59,024 nucleotides of DNA from Flavobacteriales bacterium (GTDB lineage Bacteria > Bacteroidota > Bacteroidia > Flavobacteriales_C > GCA-002722245), in the NCBI GenBank assembly GCA_045561495.1, contig JBJKXR010000004.1:1-59024 (forward strand), written 5' to 3'. This document shows, piece after piece, positions 19,106-29,005 of this stretch. The position numbers and the translations under genes were made by a program. Every line of letters starts with the position of its first letter. Position 1 is the first letter of the stretch. Under the pieces are notes generated by a model. That model was not told the DNA's origin. It saw only the letters and a program-made list of their open reading frames with translations, and made no database searches.

Positions 19106-21130
19106 TTATAAATTTCTACCTAAGGCAATTGATAATGTTAGTTTGGCTTGGTTAAGAAGACTTAGACGAATCAGTAAATTATTGATTTCTTCTGAGGAAG
19201 TAAATAATTTTATTTTTGCATTAACTTCATTAATTTCTTCTTTTATTTTCCCAAGTTTTAGTCTATTGAGTGCTACTGTTATTGCTAACTTAATTTTATC
19301 TTGTTCGGTGGTTACATATATAGAATGTTTTTCCCAGTCATTGAGTATATGTCTTTCCTCCGTGATTTCAATGACCTGCTTTACTAAATTTGCTTCACTG
19401 CTTTGTAAAAAAAACTTTTCGGTAGGAATTTCCCCCTCATGGTATTTTATTTTAAATGTTTCCCAAATTAATTTGTGTTGAGGATGTTCAAATTTAATTT
19501 CATCGTGTGAAATATCTTCAATCACCATTTGAGCAACAGATATTGGATATTGTTTTGTAGCTTTTTGAACACCTTCCTTTATTTCTGTATCATAATTGGG
19601 GTTGTCAACGAAAAGTTCAAAATGTCCATATTTAAGCAATAGCCTTAATAGGTATGCTTCGTGGTATCTATTTTCGCGTACGGTAGTTTTATTTTTGTTG
19701 CCATTTTCTAAGCTAGTTTGTTCCCTCTGTTTATACTCTATATTGTTGGGGGCAAAATCTGGCAAAGGAGCATCAAGTCTAGGGTCTGTTACTGCTGAAT
19801 TCCTTTTTCCCTTTTGTTCTTTTTCGAAATTTGTCCTTCTAATTTTGTTGAGTTCATTAACAATATTTTGTTCTCCAATATTCAGTAATTTTGATGCTTC
19901 TTGTGTATACACAGAGCGAACAATCATATCCGGTATTATAGCAATGGACTGAACAACATCCTTAATAAGTTCTGCTCTTTTTATTGGGTCTTTTTTGGCA
20001 TCTTTTAAAAGAATGGAAGTTTTAAAATTGATAAAATCCTGTTTGTGTTTGTCTATGTATTCCTCGAGTTCAACACGTGTATTTGATCTTGCAAAGCTAT
20101 CTGGATCTTCTCCATTTGGGAAGGTAACAACTTTAACATTCATACCTTCTTTAAGAATTAAATCAATACCTCTGAAAGAGGCTTTTATTCCTGCTTCATC
20201 GCCATCATAAAGCACAGTGATATTAGGGGTGAACCTCTTTATTAATTTAATTTGTCCTTGAGTTAAAGAAGTTCCGCTAGAAGCCACCACATTCTCAATG
20301 CCTTTTTGATGCAATGAGATAACATCAGTATACCCTTCAACTAGAAAACAATTATCGTGTTGAATTAACGACCTTTTTCCAAGGTACAATCCATATAAAA
20401 CATCACTTTTATGATAAATATCCGTTTCAGGAGAGTTAAGGTATTTTGCCGCTTTTTTATTAGTTTGAAGAATTCGAGCTCCAAAACCAATGGTTCTTCC
20501 AGAAAGATTGTGAATTGGAAAGATGACTCTTCCAAAAAATCGATCGTATAATTTGTTGTTTCTTTCAGAAGTTAAGCCTGAATCAACTAAATTTTCTTTT
20601 TTATAACCTTTGTCAAGAGCAATTTTTGTAAGATGATTGCGCTCTTCAAAGGAATAGCCCAAACCAAATTTTTCTATCATTTCAGTAGAAACACCTCTTC
20701 CTTTAAAGTATCCTAAACCTACTGATTTTCCTTCATCAGTTTCGTGGAGGTTTTTCACAAATTGTTCTTTTGCAAATTTTGAAACTAAAAACAGAGACTC
20801 TCTTTTGTCCAATTTTAGTTTTTCATCTGCACTAATTTCTTTTTCCTCTACGGTTATATTATACTTTTTTGCAAGATACTTTAATGCCTCTGGATAAGAC
20901 ATTTGCTCATGCTCCATAACAAAATTCACAGCATTTCCAGAAACACCGCACCCAAAGCATTTATAAATCCCTTTTGCAGGAGAAACTGTAAATGAGGGTG
21001 TTTTTTCGTTGTGAAAAGGACAATGTCCTAGGAAGTTAACACCTCTTTTTTTTAAGGCAACAAAATCATTAATAACCTCATCAACTCGAGATTCATTAAT
21101 TATTTTATCTACTGTTTCCTTTGGAATCAT
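19106..21130 (-). CDS. dnaG: DNA primase
   Basis: 674 aa. Zinc ribbon CPFHNEKTPSFTVSPAKGIYKCFGCG and TOPRIM motifs EGYTDV and YDGDEAG. Confidence 0.93.
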   Translation of the reverse strand: MIPKETVDKIINESRVDEVINDFVALKKRGVNFLGHCPFHNEKTPSFTVSPAKGIYKCFGCGVSGNAVNFVMEHEQMSYPEALKYLAKKYNITVEEKEISADEKLKLDKRESLFLVSKFAKEQFVKNLHETDEGKSVGLGYFKGRGVSTEMIEKFGLGYSFEERNHLTKIALDKGYKKENLVDSGLTSERNNKLYDRFFGRVIFPIHNLSGRTIGFGARILQTNKKAAKYLNSPETDIYHKSDVLYGLYLGKRSLIQHDNCFLVEGYTDVISLHQKGIENVVASSGTSLTQGQIKLIKRFTPNITVLYDGDEAGIKASFRGIDLILKEGMNVKVVTFPNGEDPDSFARSNTRVELEEYIDKHKQDFINFKTSILLKDAKKDPIKRAELIKDVVQSIAIIPDMIVRSVYTQEASKLLNIGEQNIVNELNKIRRTNFEKEQKGKRNSAVTDPRLDAPLPDFAPNNIEYKQREQTSLENGNKNKTTVRENRYHEAYLLRLLLKYGHFELFVDNPNYDTEIKEGVQKATKQYPISVAQMVIEDISHDEIKFEHPQHKLIWETFKIKYHEGEIPTEKFFLQSSEANLVKQVIEITEERHILNDWEKHSIYVTTEQDKIKLAITVALNRLKLGKIKEEINEVNAKIKLFTSSEEINNLLIRLSLLNQAKLTLSIALGRNL

Positions 21131-21303
21131 AGGTTATGTGTGTACCAAGCAAATAGCTTTAAGGCAATCGATTGGTGTAAAAGTAACTATTAAACACTGA
21201 ATGATAAATAAATTAAAACAGAATATTATTACCCATAACACGATGTATTGTGCGGTTTTAAATAGTCAAATACTGATTTATATTTGCTAAATGATAGAGT
21301 AAT

Positions 21304-21633
21304 TTATTTTGTTAGAATGTCCATTTCTTTTCCAATCTGCATTCCAAATTTCCGAATCTTCTCCGCCACAACATTTTCTTTTGTTGATTGATCTAATGAG
21401 TCTGCAAGTGTCATCAACGTTTGGAAATGAAAATATTTCATTTCATCTACCATCATTTCTTTTGTCCATAAATCAACGCGTTTGGCTACTTTTTCATTTC
21501 CATCCCACACTGAAATCATTAATGCTTTAATTTCTTCTTGGGAAACTCCACCTCCTTCAGATGCTGTCCATTCTAATTTTTCAGGAATATGATTTTCGTC
21601 TAAAGTAACCGTAAACTTAATTTCTTTTTTCAT
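21304..21633 (-). CDS. gldC: Gliding motility protein GldC
   Basis: 109 aa, immediately downstream of gldB. LDENHIPEKLEWTAS..MISVWDGNEK..DLWTKEM matches my recollection of GldC. Confidence 0.75.
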   Translation of the reverse strand: MKKEIKFTVTLDENHIPEKLEWTASEGGGVSQEEIKALMISVWDGNEKVAKRVDLWTKEMMVDEMKYFHFQTLMTLADSLDQSTKENVVAEKIRKFGMQIGKEMDILTK

Positions 21634-21641
21634 ACTATACT

Positions 21642-22622
21642 CTATGGATTATATTTTGAGTCTCTAAAAATAGTCGTAAAATCTGTATTTACCATTAATG
21701 CACTTAAAGTAACATCTGGGTTTTTTTCCATATAGTCCTTGATTATCCTATAACCGATAAAAATACCGGCTCTTCCAGGAGAGTCTCTTTCCAATGAAGA
21801 AACAAAAGGTCCATGCTGTATGAATTTTTTATAATTGCGGTAATCTTTTGAAAACAGGTGTTTTTTCATAGCAAGATGTTTCCAAAAGGATTTTTCATGA
21901 CTATAGCACCAAACCATTTGATTGGTGGTAAATTGAAATCGTATTGAATCCATTAATTTCGGCATCATGGCTTCAACAAAATATTCAAGTTTCCCAAGCC
22001 CAATCATATTATCAAGTAGGGTTTCCCCATGGATATAATTTTCAAACTTTTTTTGAGCGAAAGCTCTTACCACAACAGGTGTTATGTATTCAGGATTATT
22101 GTTTTTTGAAATGTATTTAGGAATTTGAAGTTGGTTGTAAGCTTCGTAATCCTCTCCATAAAAAAGGTCAATTCCGATTAAGATTTCTTTTTTATTTACA
22201 ATTATGGGTTCCTCATAATTAATTCCAGAAATATAGGTATAAACTGTTGGTAAAGGATCGTCAGGAAAGTAGTGCTTGTAATGAGAAAAGGCCAAGTTTA
22301 AATCTTTTTCCATCTTATCATAGCTACCTATTTTAGAATCCCAATCATTAAATAGTTTTATGTTGAGTTCATTGCGTAAGTAATTTTCCAATTGAATAAG
22401 TTTGGTAGGGTCTTTGTACATCCCGTTTATGAAAACCGGATATTTAGGCGCTAATTCATCCAATGAACCACTTAGATCTTCGGTATTAAGGGTAAATAAA
22501 TCTTGTTCATAATGGCGATAATCTAAAGATGATTTGCTGTTGGAAACATCAATAATTAAAGATGGTTCTGAACAAGAAATTAAACCAATTGTAAATAAAA
22601 ATAAAATAACGACGTTCTTCAT
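21642..22622 (-). CDS. gldB: Gliding motility lipoprotein GldB
   Basis: 326 aa. Lipoprotein signal LFTIGLISCSE. Size and the gldB-gldC pairing match Flavobacterium. Confidence 0.75.
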   Translation of the reverse strand: MKNVVILFLFTIGLISCSEPSLIIDVSNSKSSLDYRHYEQDLFTLNTEDLSGSLDELAPKYPVFINGMYKDPTKLIQLENYLRNELNIKLFNDWDSKIGSYDKMEKDLNLAFSHYKHYFPDDPLPTVYTYISGINYEEPIIVNKKEILIGIDLFYGEDYEAYNQLQIPKYISKNNNPEYITPVVVRAFAQKKFENYIHGETLLDNMIGLGKLEYFVEAMMPKLMDSIRFQFTTNQMVWCYSHEKSFWKHLAMKKHLFSKDYRNYKKFIQHGPFVSSLERDSPGRAGIFIGYRIIKDYMEKNPDVTLSALMVNTDFTTIFRDSKYNP

Positions 22623-22651
22623 AAAACTATCAACTGCTTTACTTAATTTCG

Positions 22652-22659
22652 CAAAGTTA
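22652..22659 (-). promoter_or_regulatory. Candidate -7 promoter box (TAACTTTG on minus strand) for gldB-gldC
   Basis: CAAAGTTA on the plus strand, 30 nt upstream of the gldB ATG. Confidence 0.4.
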
Positions 22660-22677
22660 GCTAATGAATAAAGAATT

Positions 22678-22685
22678 TAACTTTG
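22678..22685 (+). promoter_or_regulatory. Candidate -7 promoter box TAACTTTG for the divergent outer-membrane protein gene
   Basis: Exact TAnnTTTG match 46 nt before ATG 22731. It is the same 8-mer as the divergent gldB box. Confidence 0.4.
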
Positions 22686-22730
22686 AATAGCTCACTTTAT
22701 TTGAAAATTTTTTTATTAAAACTCAATACA

Positions 22731-23504
22731 ATGAAAAAAATTATTTCTTTACTAGTTATATTGACCATAGGTGTTAATTTATTTGGACAAGATATTTCAA
22801 CTGGACCAGAGTTTCGGAAGCATAGATTCGGATTAAAGGGAACTCCTGGAGTTGCCTACTTCGGAGTGAATAAACCTGGTAAGAAAAACAAAGGTTTAGG
22901 ATATCATATTGGAGGAGGATTGAACTACGAGTATTCGTTGAGTAAAAATGTGGCAATTGCTTCTGGATTAATTTTTTCTCAAACAGCTGGTAAAGTTGAA
23001 TATTTAGACACTTTAGGATTAGACTATGTAAGTATTGCAAATGGTACTGAAACGAGTGAAAGAGCTTATAGACTTCATTCGCGATCTTATGTTTTTAAGT
23101 CCGTTGATATCCCTTTAAAATTTAAATTTAGAACTCCTGAAATAGGATATTTAACGTATTATGGAGAATTTGGATCTACGGTAAATATTATTACAGGTGC
23201 TTTCGCCAGAAAGAATTTAGTAACATTAAACAATGGAGACACGCAATCATTACTTTCAGGCAATGAATCGAGATTAGATGCACAAGATGAAGTGTTTTTT
23301 TTAAGAGGTGGCGTTAATTTTGGAGCTGGTGTAGAATGGAATGTCGCTGGCAACACCTCCCTTTTACTTGGTTTGAATGGGAACTTAGGATTTACTAATA
23401 TTTTAAAGAAAAATTCTGCTTCCATAACTTATGATGATGGAGATTCTTTTAAAAGAGCAACAAATTTAAATTATGTTGCCCTTCAAGTTGGTGTTCAGTT
23501 TTAA
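22731..23504 (+). CDS. Outer-membrane beta-barrel (porin-family/PorT-like) protein
   Basis: ATG 22731 gives the signal MKKIISLLVILTIGVNLFGQ. Alternating beta-strand pattern, ending in aromatic ...LQVGVQF. Confidence 0.75.
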   Translation: MKKIISLLVILTIGVNLFGQDISTGPEFRKHRFGLKGTPGVAYFGVNKPGKKNKGLGYHIGGGLNYEYSLSKNVAIASGLIFSQTAGKVEYLDTLGLDYVSIANGTETSERAYRLHSRSYVFKSVDIPLKFKFRTPEIGYLTYYGEFGSTVNIITGAFARKNLVTLNNGDTQSLLSGNESRLDAQDEVFFLRGGVNFGAGVEWNVAGNTSLLLGLNGNLGFTNILKKNSASITYDDGDSFKRATNLNYVALQVGVQF

Positions 23505-23526
23505 CAAAAAATAAATTGTAAAGTAA

Positions 23527-23557
23527 AGAGAGTATATAGGCATACTCTCTTTTTTTT
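23527..23557 (+). terminator. Rho-independent terminator
   Basis: Stem AGAGAGTAT (23527..23535) pairs with ATACTCTCT (23542..23550), followed by T7. Confidence 0.75.
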
Positions 23558-23580
23558 ATGCATACTTATTACTTCTGTTT

Positions 23581-23588
23581 TATCTTTG
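23581..23588 (+). promoter_or_regulatory. Candidate -7 promoter box TATCTTTG only 4 nt from the nadE ATG
   Basis: Exact TAnnTTTG match ending 4 nt before ATG 23593. Confidence 0.35.
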
Positions 23589-23592
23589 TAGT

Positions 23593-25224
23593 ATGAAAAT
23601 TGCAATAGCCCAGCTTAATCTTCATGTTGGAAATTTTGAGTCTAATCATGATAAAATAATTCAATACATTAAGTCAGCAATAAATTCAGGAAATGATTTA
23701 GTGGTATTTCCTGAATTGGCAATTTGTGGCTATCCACCGAGAGATTTTTTAGAATTCAATGATTTTATAGAAAAGTGTATTTCTAGTATTCAATCAATTG
23801 CAAAAGAAACCAAAGGCATTGCAGTAATATTAGGAGGGCCAAGTAAAAATGAAACGGGAAAAGGGAAACCCTTGTTTAATTCTGCTTATGTGCTTTCCAA
23901 TGGGAAAATTCAAGAAGTAATCAGCAAAACGCTTTTGCCTACGTATGACATTTTTGATGAATACCGATACTTTGAACAAAGTAGAGGGTTTAAGGTTGTT
24001 GAAGTTGGAGGTAAAAGTATAGGTGTTGCGATTTGTGAAGATTTATGGAACATTGGAAACAACCCTCTTTATAATCAAACTCCAGCCATTGAACTGAAAG
24101 AACTGGGTGCAGAAATTATTGTAAATATTTCGGCGTCACCATTTTCATATAATCAGGATACAGAACGTAAAAAAGTACTGAAGGAAAACGCTCAAAAAAC
24201 AGGCCTTCCTATTGTGTATTGCAACCATGTAGGAGCCCAAACAGAGTTGATTTTTGATGGAGGTTCATTTTTTATGAATTCAAATGGAGAAGTAATGAAA
24301 CAGAGTTCTTTCTTTAATGAAGAATTGTTGGTTTCAGATTTAACAAATGGTCAATTTTCCAAAGGCGAGGTACAATCGGGCAGTAAAGTTCAATTGATTC
24401 ATGATGCGTTAGTAATGGGCATTAAAGATTATTTTAAAAAATTAGGATTTAAAAAAGCAATTGTTGGCTTGAGCGGAGGTATTGATTCTGCAGTTACTTT
24501 TGCTTTAGCCGGAAGAGCATTGGGTTATGATAATATATATGGTATTTTAATGCCTTCTGAATATTCTTCCAATCATTCTATTGATGATGCAAAACAATTA
24601 AGTGAAAATCTTGGATCTCCTCATGAAATAGTATCTATTGAAGAAATATATTCAGCATACAACGAAAAATTAAAGCCTTTATTCAAAGACTTACCATTTG
24701 GATTAGCTGAAGAAAATTTACAAGCTAGAACTCGAGGAGTTTTATTGATGGCAATATCCAATAAATTTGGGCACATTGTTTTGAATACATCAAATAAAAG
24801 TGAGGCAGCTGTTGGTTATGGAACATTATATGGGGACATGTGTGGTGGGTTGTCTGTATTGGGAGATGTTTATAAAACAGAGGTTTTTGAATTGGCTAGA
24901 TATATCAATAGGGAATCTGAGATTATACCTGAAAATTCTATTGTAAAGCCGCCTTCAGCAGAACTTCGACCAGATCAAAAGGATTCTGATTCTTTGCCAG
25001 ATTACGATGTCCTAGATAAGGTATTGTTTGAATATATTGAAAACAGAAAGGGCCCAAAAGAACTTGTGCAAATGGGCCTTGATGAATCATTGGTGAATCG
25101 TGTTTTAAGAATGGTAAATTCTAGTGAGTATAAACGTTATCAAACACCACCAATTTTAAGGATAAGTCATAAGGCTTTTGGAATGGGTAGAAGGATGCCC
25201 ATAGTAGCAAAATATCTTTTGTGA
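23593..25224 (+). CDS. nadE: Glutamine-dependent NAD+ synthetase
   Basis: 543 aa. N-terminal CN-hydrolase domain (FPELAICGYPP, AICEDLW) plus a C-terminal synthetase domain with SGGIDS. Confidence 0.92.
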   Translation: MKIAIAQLNLHVGNFESNHDKIIQYIKSAINSGNDLVVFPELAICGYPPRDFLEFNDFIEKCISSIQSIAKETKGIAVILGGPSKNETGKGKPLFNSAYVLSNGKIQEVISKTLLPTYDIFDEYRYFEQSRGFKVVEVGGKSIGVAICEDLWNIGNNPLYNQTPAIELKELGAEIIVNISASPFSYNQDTERKKVLKENAQKTGLPIVYCNHVGAQTELIFDGGSFFMNSNGEVMKQSSFFNEELLVSDLTNGQFSKGEVQSGSKVQLIHDALVMGIKDYFKKLGFKKAIVGLSGGIDSAVTFALAGRALGYDNIYGILMPSEYSSNHSIDDAKQLSENLGSPHEIVSIEEIYSAYNEKLKPLFKDLPFGLAEENLQARTRGVLLMAISNKFGHIVLNTSNKSEAAVGYGTLYGDMCGGLSVLGDVYKTEVFELARYINRESEIIPENSIVKPPSAELRPDQKDSDSLPDYDVLDKVLFEYIENRKGPKELVQMGLDESLVNRVLRMVNSSEYKRYQTPPILRISHKAFGMGRRMPIVAKYLL

Positions 25225-26186
25225 TGTTTCAGAAAATCATTCCTATAATTTTATTCGGGGGCATTCATTTGATGTTTCTCTTTGGTGTTGTTTTTCATGC
25301 GTATAGTATGTTTTATGGACTTGTATTTTTGCCGTTACTGGCTTACTTTTTCTTTAACTATACACCCGCAACATTTAATTTAAAAGAATATTTATTCACT
25401 TTGCTATCATTTGGAGTTGGTTATGTGTTAACTACTCAAGCCGTTGATGTTTTTTCAGTAACTCCAGTTTATGCATCGGCTTTAGTAGGGATGGTTTTTT
25501 CCTTTTTTCGTTTAAAACATTTCCCCTTGTTTTCGGCCGTTGTTTATTCTGGATCCTTTGCAGGTATGGTTGCAGATTTTCATATTGAAGAGTTATACAT
25601 AGCATGTTTGATTATCATAATTGGAGGGAATTTATTTTATTTCTTGAAGGACAACTTTAACGGATTAGGAGGGAAGTTAGGATCAATTGGCTTTGGAGCT
25701 ATGTTATTACCAATACTACTTGGAAGAGAAAAATCATTTTTTGATGAGGTATATGATGATATCTTATCTATCGATCCGATAGGTGAATTATCGTCTAATA
25801 AAACATTGCTATTTACTATAGTTATTGCTCTTTTTGGAACAATTCTAACCTATTGGTTAAACAATAAAAGGGGATGTGGACCTATTAAAGCATCTGCTAT
25901 TCCTACTTTTATTATCGCTATACCATTACAATTAATTCCAGTTTCTGGATTCATAGCATTAGTTCCCATAGTTTTTTTTGGAGCTACTTTTGTGGGTATG
26001 TCAAATGATAAAACTATTGGTTGGATGGCAGTGATTACATCTAGTGTGGTATATGCTATAATTTTTCACTTTATTCATCCATATTTCAATGGATATGGCG
26101 GCTCCTTAGGAGCAACAGCATGTTTAAGTTGTTTGATGGGAGTACTACTTCAAAAAGCTTTCAATCGCCAAACGGTAAGAGTCTAA
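25224..26186 (+). CDS. Polytopic membrane protein of unknown function with apparent internal duplication
   Basis: About 320 aa with many hydrophobic segments. Its ATG overlaps the nadE TGA (TGATG). SGSFAGMVAD...GGKLGSIGFGAML in the first half echoes FGATFVGMSND...YGGSLGATACLSCLM in the second. Confidence 0.65.
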   Translation: MFQKIIPIILFGGIHLMFLFGVVFHAYSMFYGLVFLPLLAYFFFNYTPATFNLKEYLFTLLSFGVGYVLTTQAVDVFSVTPVYASALVGMVFSFFRLKHFPLFSAVVYSGSFAGMVADFHIEELYIACLIIIIGGNLFYFLKDNFNGLGGKLGSIGFGAMLLPILLGREKSFFDEVYDDILSIDPIGELSSNKTLLFTIVIALFGTILTYWLNNKRGCGPIKASAIPTFIIAIPLQLIPVSGFIALVPIVFFGATFVGMSNDKTIGWMAVITSSVVYAIIFHFIHPYFNGYGGSLGATACLSCLMGVLLQKAFNRQTVRV

Positions 26187-26561
26187 GCCAAAACCTAAAA
26201 TTATTCCTTTACATACGGGTGAAATATAGGAATGGTGACGAAACTCTTCTCTTTGATGCGTATTTGAAATATGAACTTCAATTACTGGTGATTCAATACC
26301 AGCAATTGCATCTCTTAATGCAACAGATGTATGCGTATAGGCACCTGCATTAATCACAATTCCATCATAGCTAAAACCAACCGCGTGAATTTTATCAATT
26401 AATTCACCTTCAACATTACTTTGATAGTACTCTAATTTTATTTTTTTAAAGCTCGTTTTTAGTTTTTCGAAATATTCTTCAAAAGTTGTGGAACCATATA
26501 CATCCGGTTCCCTTTTTCCAAGTAAATTTAAATTCGGCCCGTTTATAATTAGGATTTTCAT
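26145..26561 (-). CDS. aroQ: Type II 3-dehydroquinate dehydratase
   Basis: 138 aa. MKILIINGPNLNLLGKREPDVYG and the HISN motif VHISNTHQREEFRH. Confidence 0.93.
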   Translation of the reverse strand: MKILIINGPNLNLLGKREPDVYGSTTFEEYFEKLKTSFKKIKLEYYQSNVEGELIDKIHAVGFSYDGIVINAGAYTHTSVALRDAIAGIESPVIEVHISNTHQREEFRHHSYISPVCKGIILGFGLDSYRLAIESFLK

Positions 26562-26583
26562 ACTTCAAAAGTACAAAAAATGA

Positions 26584-27036
26584 TTATTCTTTATTTTTCG
26601 TATCTATATTTATAGTAACAGGCCCATCGTTAATAAGTGACACTTTCATGTCCGCCCCAAATGCACCTGTTTTGACCTTTTTACCTGTTTTTATTTCTAA
26701 GTCAATTATAAATTTGTGACACATTTTTTCGGCGAAATTTGGTTCACCTGAAAATATAAAGCTGGGTCGGTTTCCTTTTTTTGTACTGGCAAATAGTGTG
26801 AATTGACTTACAACAAGTATCTCGCCATTAATTTCCATTACACTTTTGTTCATTTGAGCTTTATCATCAGGGAAGATTCTCAATTTGCTAATTTTACGGG
26901 TTAACCAGTTGACATCTTCATAGGTGTCTTCATTTTCAATTCCAAGAAGTACAAGCATTCCCTTTTGAATTTCTGCAACAATAACATTATTGATTTTAAC
27001 CGATGCCTCAGCAACTCTTTGAATCGTAACTCTCAT
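26584..27036 (-). CDS. dtd: D-aminoacyl-tRNA deacylase
   Basis: 150 aa. MRVTIQRV...VSQFTL...GDRP-like NRPSF...GPVT. Confidence 0.9.
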   Translation of the reverse strand: MRVTIQRVAEASVKINNVIVAEIQKGMLVLLGIENEDTYEDVNWLTRKISKLRIFPDDKAQMNKSVMEINGEILVVSQFTLFASTKKGNRPSFIFSGEPNFAEKMCHKFIIDLEIKTGKKVKTGAFGADMKVSLINDGPVTINIDTKNKE

Positions 27037-27968
27037 TATCGGTAGTTTTCTTCTTGATCATTGTTAAAAATATTGAGGTAGCTATTGTATCTGGAAAGTG
27101 CAATTTCACCATCTTCTAATGCGGACTTAACAGCGCAATGAGGCTCATTAATATGTACGCAATTATTAAATTTACATTGGGGTTTTAATTTCAGGAATTC
27201 TGGAAAGTAATTGCTCAATTCCTCGGGTTCAATATCAACAACACCTATGCCTCGGATACCAGGAGTATCAATCAAATTACCACCGTTTGGTAAGTCATAC
27301 ATTTCTGCGAAGGTGGTTGTATGAACCCCTTGTTGGTGAATTTCTGAAATTTCTTTTACTGCAATTTCTTCATTTGGAAGTAGTTTTTTGAGCAGGCTAC
27401 TTTTTCCAACTCCGCTATTACCTGAAAGAACAGTGGTTTTTTTGTGGAAAAGAGTTTTTACTTTATCTAAATTAATTTCTTTCTCAACACTAATGGGAAG
27501 AACAGTGTAGCCTGCTTTTTGATAAATTGAATTCCAATCGGCTAAATGCTCAAGATGCTCATCTTTGTAGAGGTCTAATTTATTAACCAGAATAATAGCG
27601 GGAATATTATAAGCAGTAACACTTACTAAAAAGCGATCTATAAATTCGTTTAGGGTATTTGGCTGTGTCACGGTGGCCACTAAAACGGCTTGATCGATAT
27701 TCGAAGCAATAATATGATATTGCTTTGATAGGTTTACAGATTTTCTAATTAAATAATTTTTGCGATTGTTAATTTTTGAAATGAGTCCAGTTTCTTTCCC
27801 TTTTTCCATTTCAAAATCAACAATATCGCCTACGGAAACAGGATTCGTAACTTTTAAACCTTTAATCCTTAATTTACCCTTCAGCCTACAAACGATAAAA
27901 TTACCGTTATTATCACGAACCTTATACCAACTTCCAGTAGATTTGTAAACAAGACCTTTCATTACCAT
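27036..27968 (-). CDS. rsgA: Ribosome small-subunit-dependent GTPase A
   Basis: 310 aa. GNSGVGKSSLL, DTPG and the C-terminal zinc knuckle CKFNNCVHINEPHCAV. Its stop overlaps the dtd start by 1 nt. Confidence 0.9.
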   Translation of the reverse strand: MVMKGLVYKSTGSWYKVRDNNGNFIVCRLKGKLRIKGLKVTNPVSVGDIVDFEMEKGKETGLISKINNRKNYLIRKSVNLSKQYHIIASNIDQAVLVATVTQPNTLNEFIDRFLVSVTAYNIPAIILVNKLDLYKDEHLEHLADWNSIYQKAGYTVLPISVEKEINLDKVKTLFHKKTTVLSGNSGVGKSSLLKKLLPNEEIAVKEISEIHQQGVHTTTFAEMYDLPNGGNLIDTPGIRGIGVVDIEPEELSNYFPEFLKLKPQCKFNNCVHINEPHCAVKSALEDGEIALSRYNSYLNIFNNDQEENYR

Positions 27969-28061
27969 AAAAATAGAGTTTTTGAGTGACTCGATTAAGA
28001 ATACGTATTATGTTGTTATAAATGTTTACTAAATTTAATTTTTACACATAAAATTAGGCGT

Positions 28062-28964
28062 ATGTCAGTATCGGTAAATCAAATCACAAAAATTTACGGA
28101 AAGCAAAAAGTGTTAAATACCATCAGTTTTGAGATAGGTGCTGGAGAAGTTGTTGGTTTTTTGGGCCCAAATGGTGCAGGTAAATCAACAATGATGAAAA
28201 TTTTAACCGGTTATATTACACAAAGTGAAGGTGAAGTAAAGGTTTGTGGAATAAACGTCTTAAACAATTCAATTGAATCACGAAAAAAAATAGGCTATTT
28301 GCCCGAAAATAATCCTTTGTATTTAGATATGTACGTAAGAGAGTTTCTATCTTTTATTGCAGACATTCACAAAGTAAAAAATAAAAAAGATAGGGTTAAT
28401 GAAATGATTGAACTTACGGGCCTTTCCCCAGAAAAGTCCAAAAAGATACGTCAGCTTTCTAAGGGATATCGTCAACGAGTAGGATTGGCTGCAGCATTAA
28501 TACATGATCCTGAAGTTTTAATTTTAGATGAACCTACAACTGGTTTAGACCCAAATCAGCTGAAAGAAATTAGAGTCTTAATTAAGTCTATTGCTGCCAA
28601 AAAAACAATTATGCTTTCTACGCATATTATGCAAGAAGTCGAGGCTATTTGTGATCGAGCTATTATTATTAAAAAAGGTGAAATAGTTGCGGATAATAAA
28701 CTTGAAATATTGCAAAATAAAGGTGCGGAAATAATTGAAGTTGAATTTCAAAATCCTCTTTTAATTTCAGTATTAGAAAACATAAAAGAGGTTAAGCGTG
28801 TTGTCCAAAAATCTGAAACACGATTTGAATTGATTTCTGAAGACTCACAAGATATAAGACCCTTAATTTCGCAGTTTGCAATCGACAATTCTAATCTTGT
28901 TGTCAGTATGCAAAAAAGAGAGGAGAAAATGGAAGATATTTTTCAAAATCTTACCAGAGAATAA
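28062..28964 (+). CDS. gldA: ABC transporter ATP-binding protein, GldA-like (gliding motility)
   Basis: 300 aa. GPNGAGKST, LSKGYRQRV and ILDEPT. IGYLPENNPLYLDMYVREFL resembles Flavobacterium GldA. Confidence 0.65.
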   Translation: MSVSVNQITKIYGKQKVLNTISFEIGAGEVVGFLGPNGAGKSTMMKILTGYITQSEGEVKVCGINVLNNSIESRKKIGYLPENNPLYLDMYVREFLSFIADIHKVKNKKDRVNEMIELTGLSPEKSKKIRQLSKGYRQRVGLAAALIHDPEVLILDEPTTGLDPNQLKEIRVLIKSIAAKKTIMLSTHIMQEVEAICDRAIIIKKGEIVADNKLEILQNKGAEIIEVEFQNPLLISVLENIKEVKRVVQKSETRFELISEDSQDIRPLISQFAIDNSNLVVSMQKREEKMEDIFQNLTRE

Positions 28965-28978
28965 TACTTTAAAATATT

Positions 28979-28986
28979 TACATTTG
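28979..28986 (+). promoter_or_regulatory. Candidate -7 promoter box TACATTTG upstream of metK
   Basis: Exact TAnnTTTG match 20 nt before ATG 29006. Confidence 0.4.
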
Positions 28987-29005
28987 TTGTACAAAAAAAA
29001 GTTAA

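Noticed and set aside
19143-20210. Three plus-strand ORFs (112, 118 and 71 aa) inside dnaG
   Set aside because: They are antisense shadow ORFs of an AT-rich gene, with low-complexity Ser/Leu/Phe composition. dnaG on the opposite strand is unambiguous.
28000-28009. 10-bp palindrome AATACGTATT between rsgA and gldA
   Set aside because: It is short and AT-rich in an AT-rich spacer, so it is compatible with chance. No supporting context was seen.
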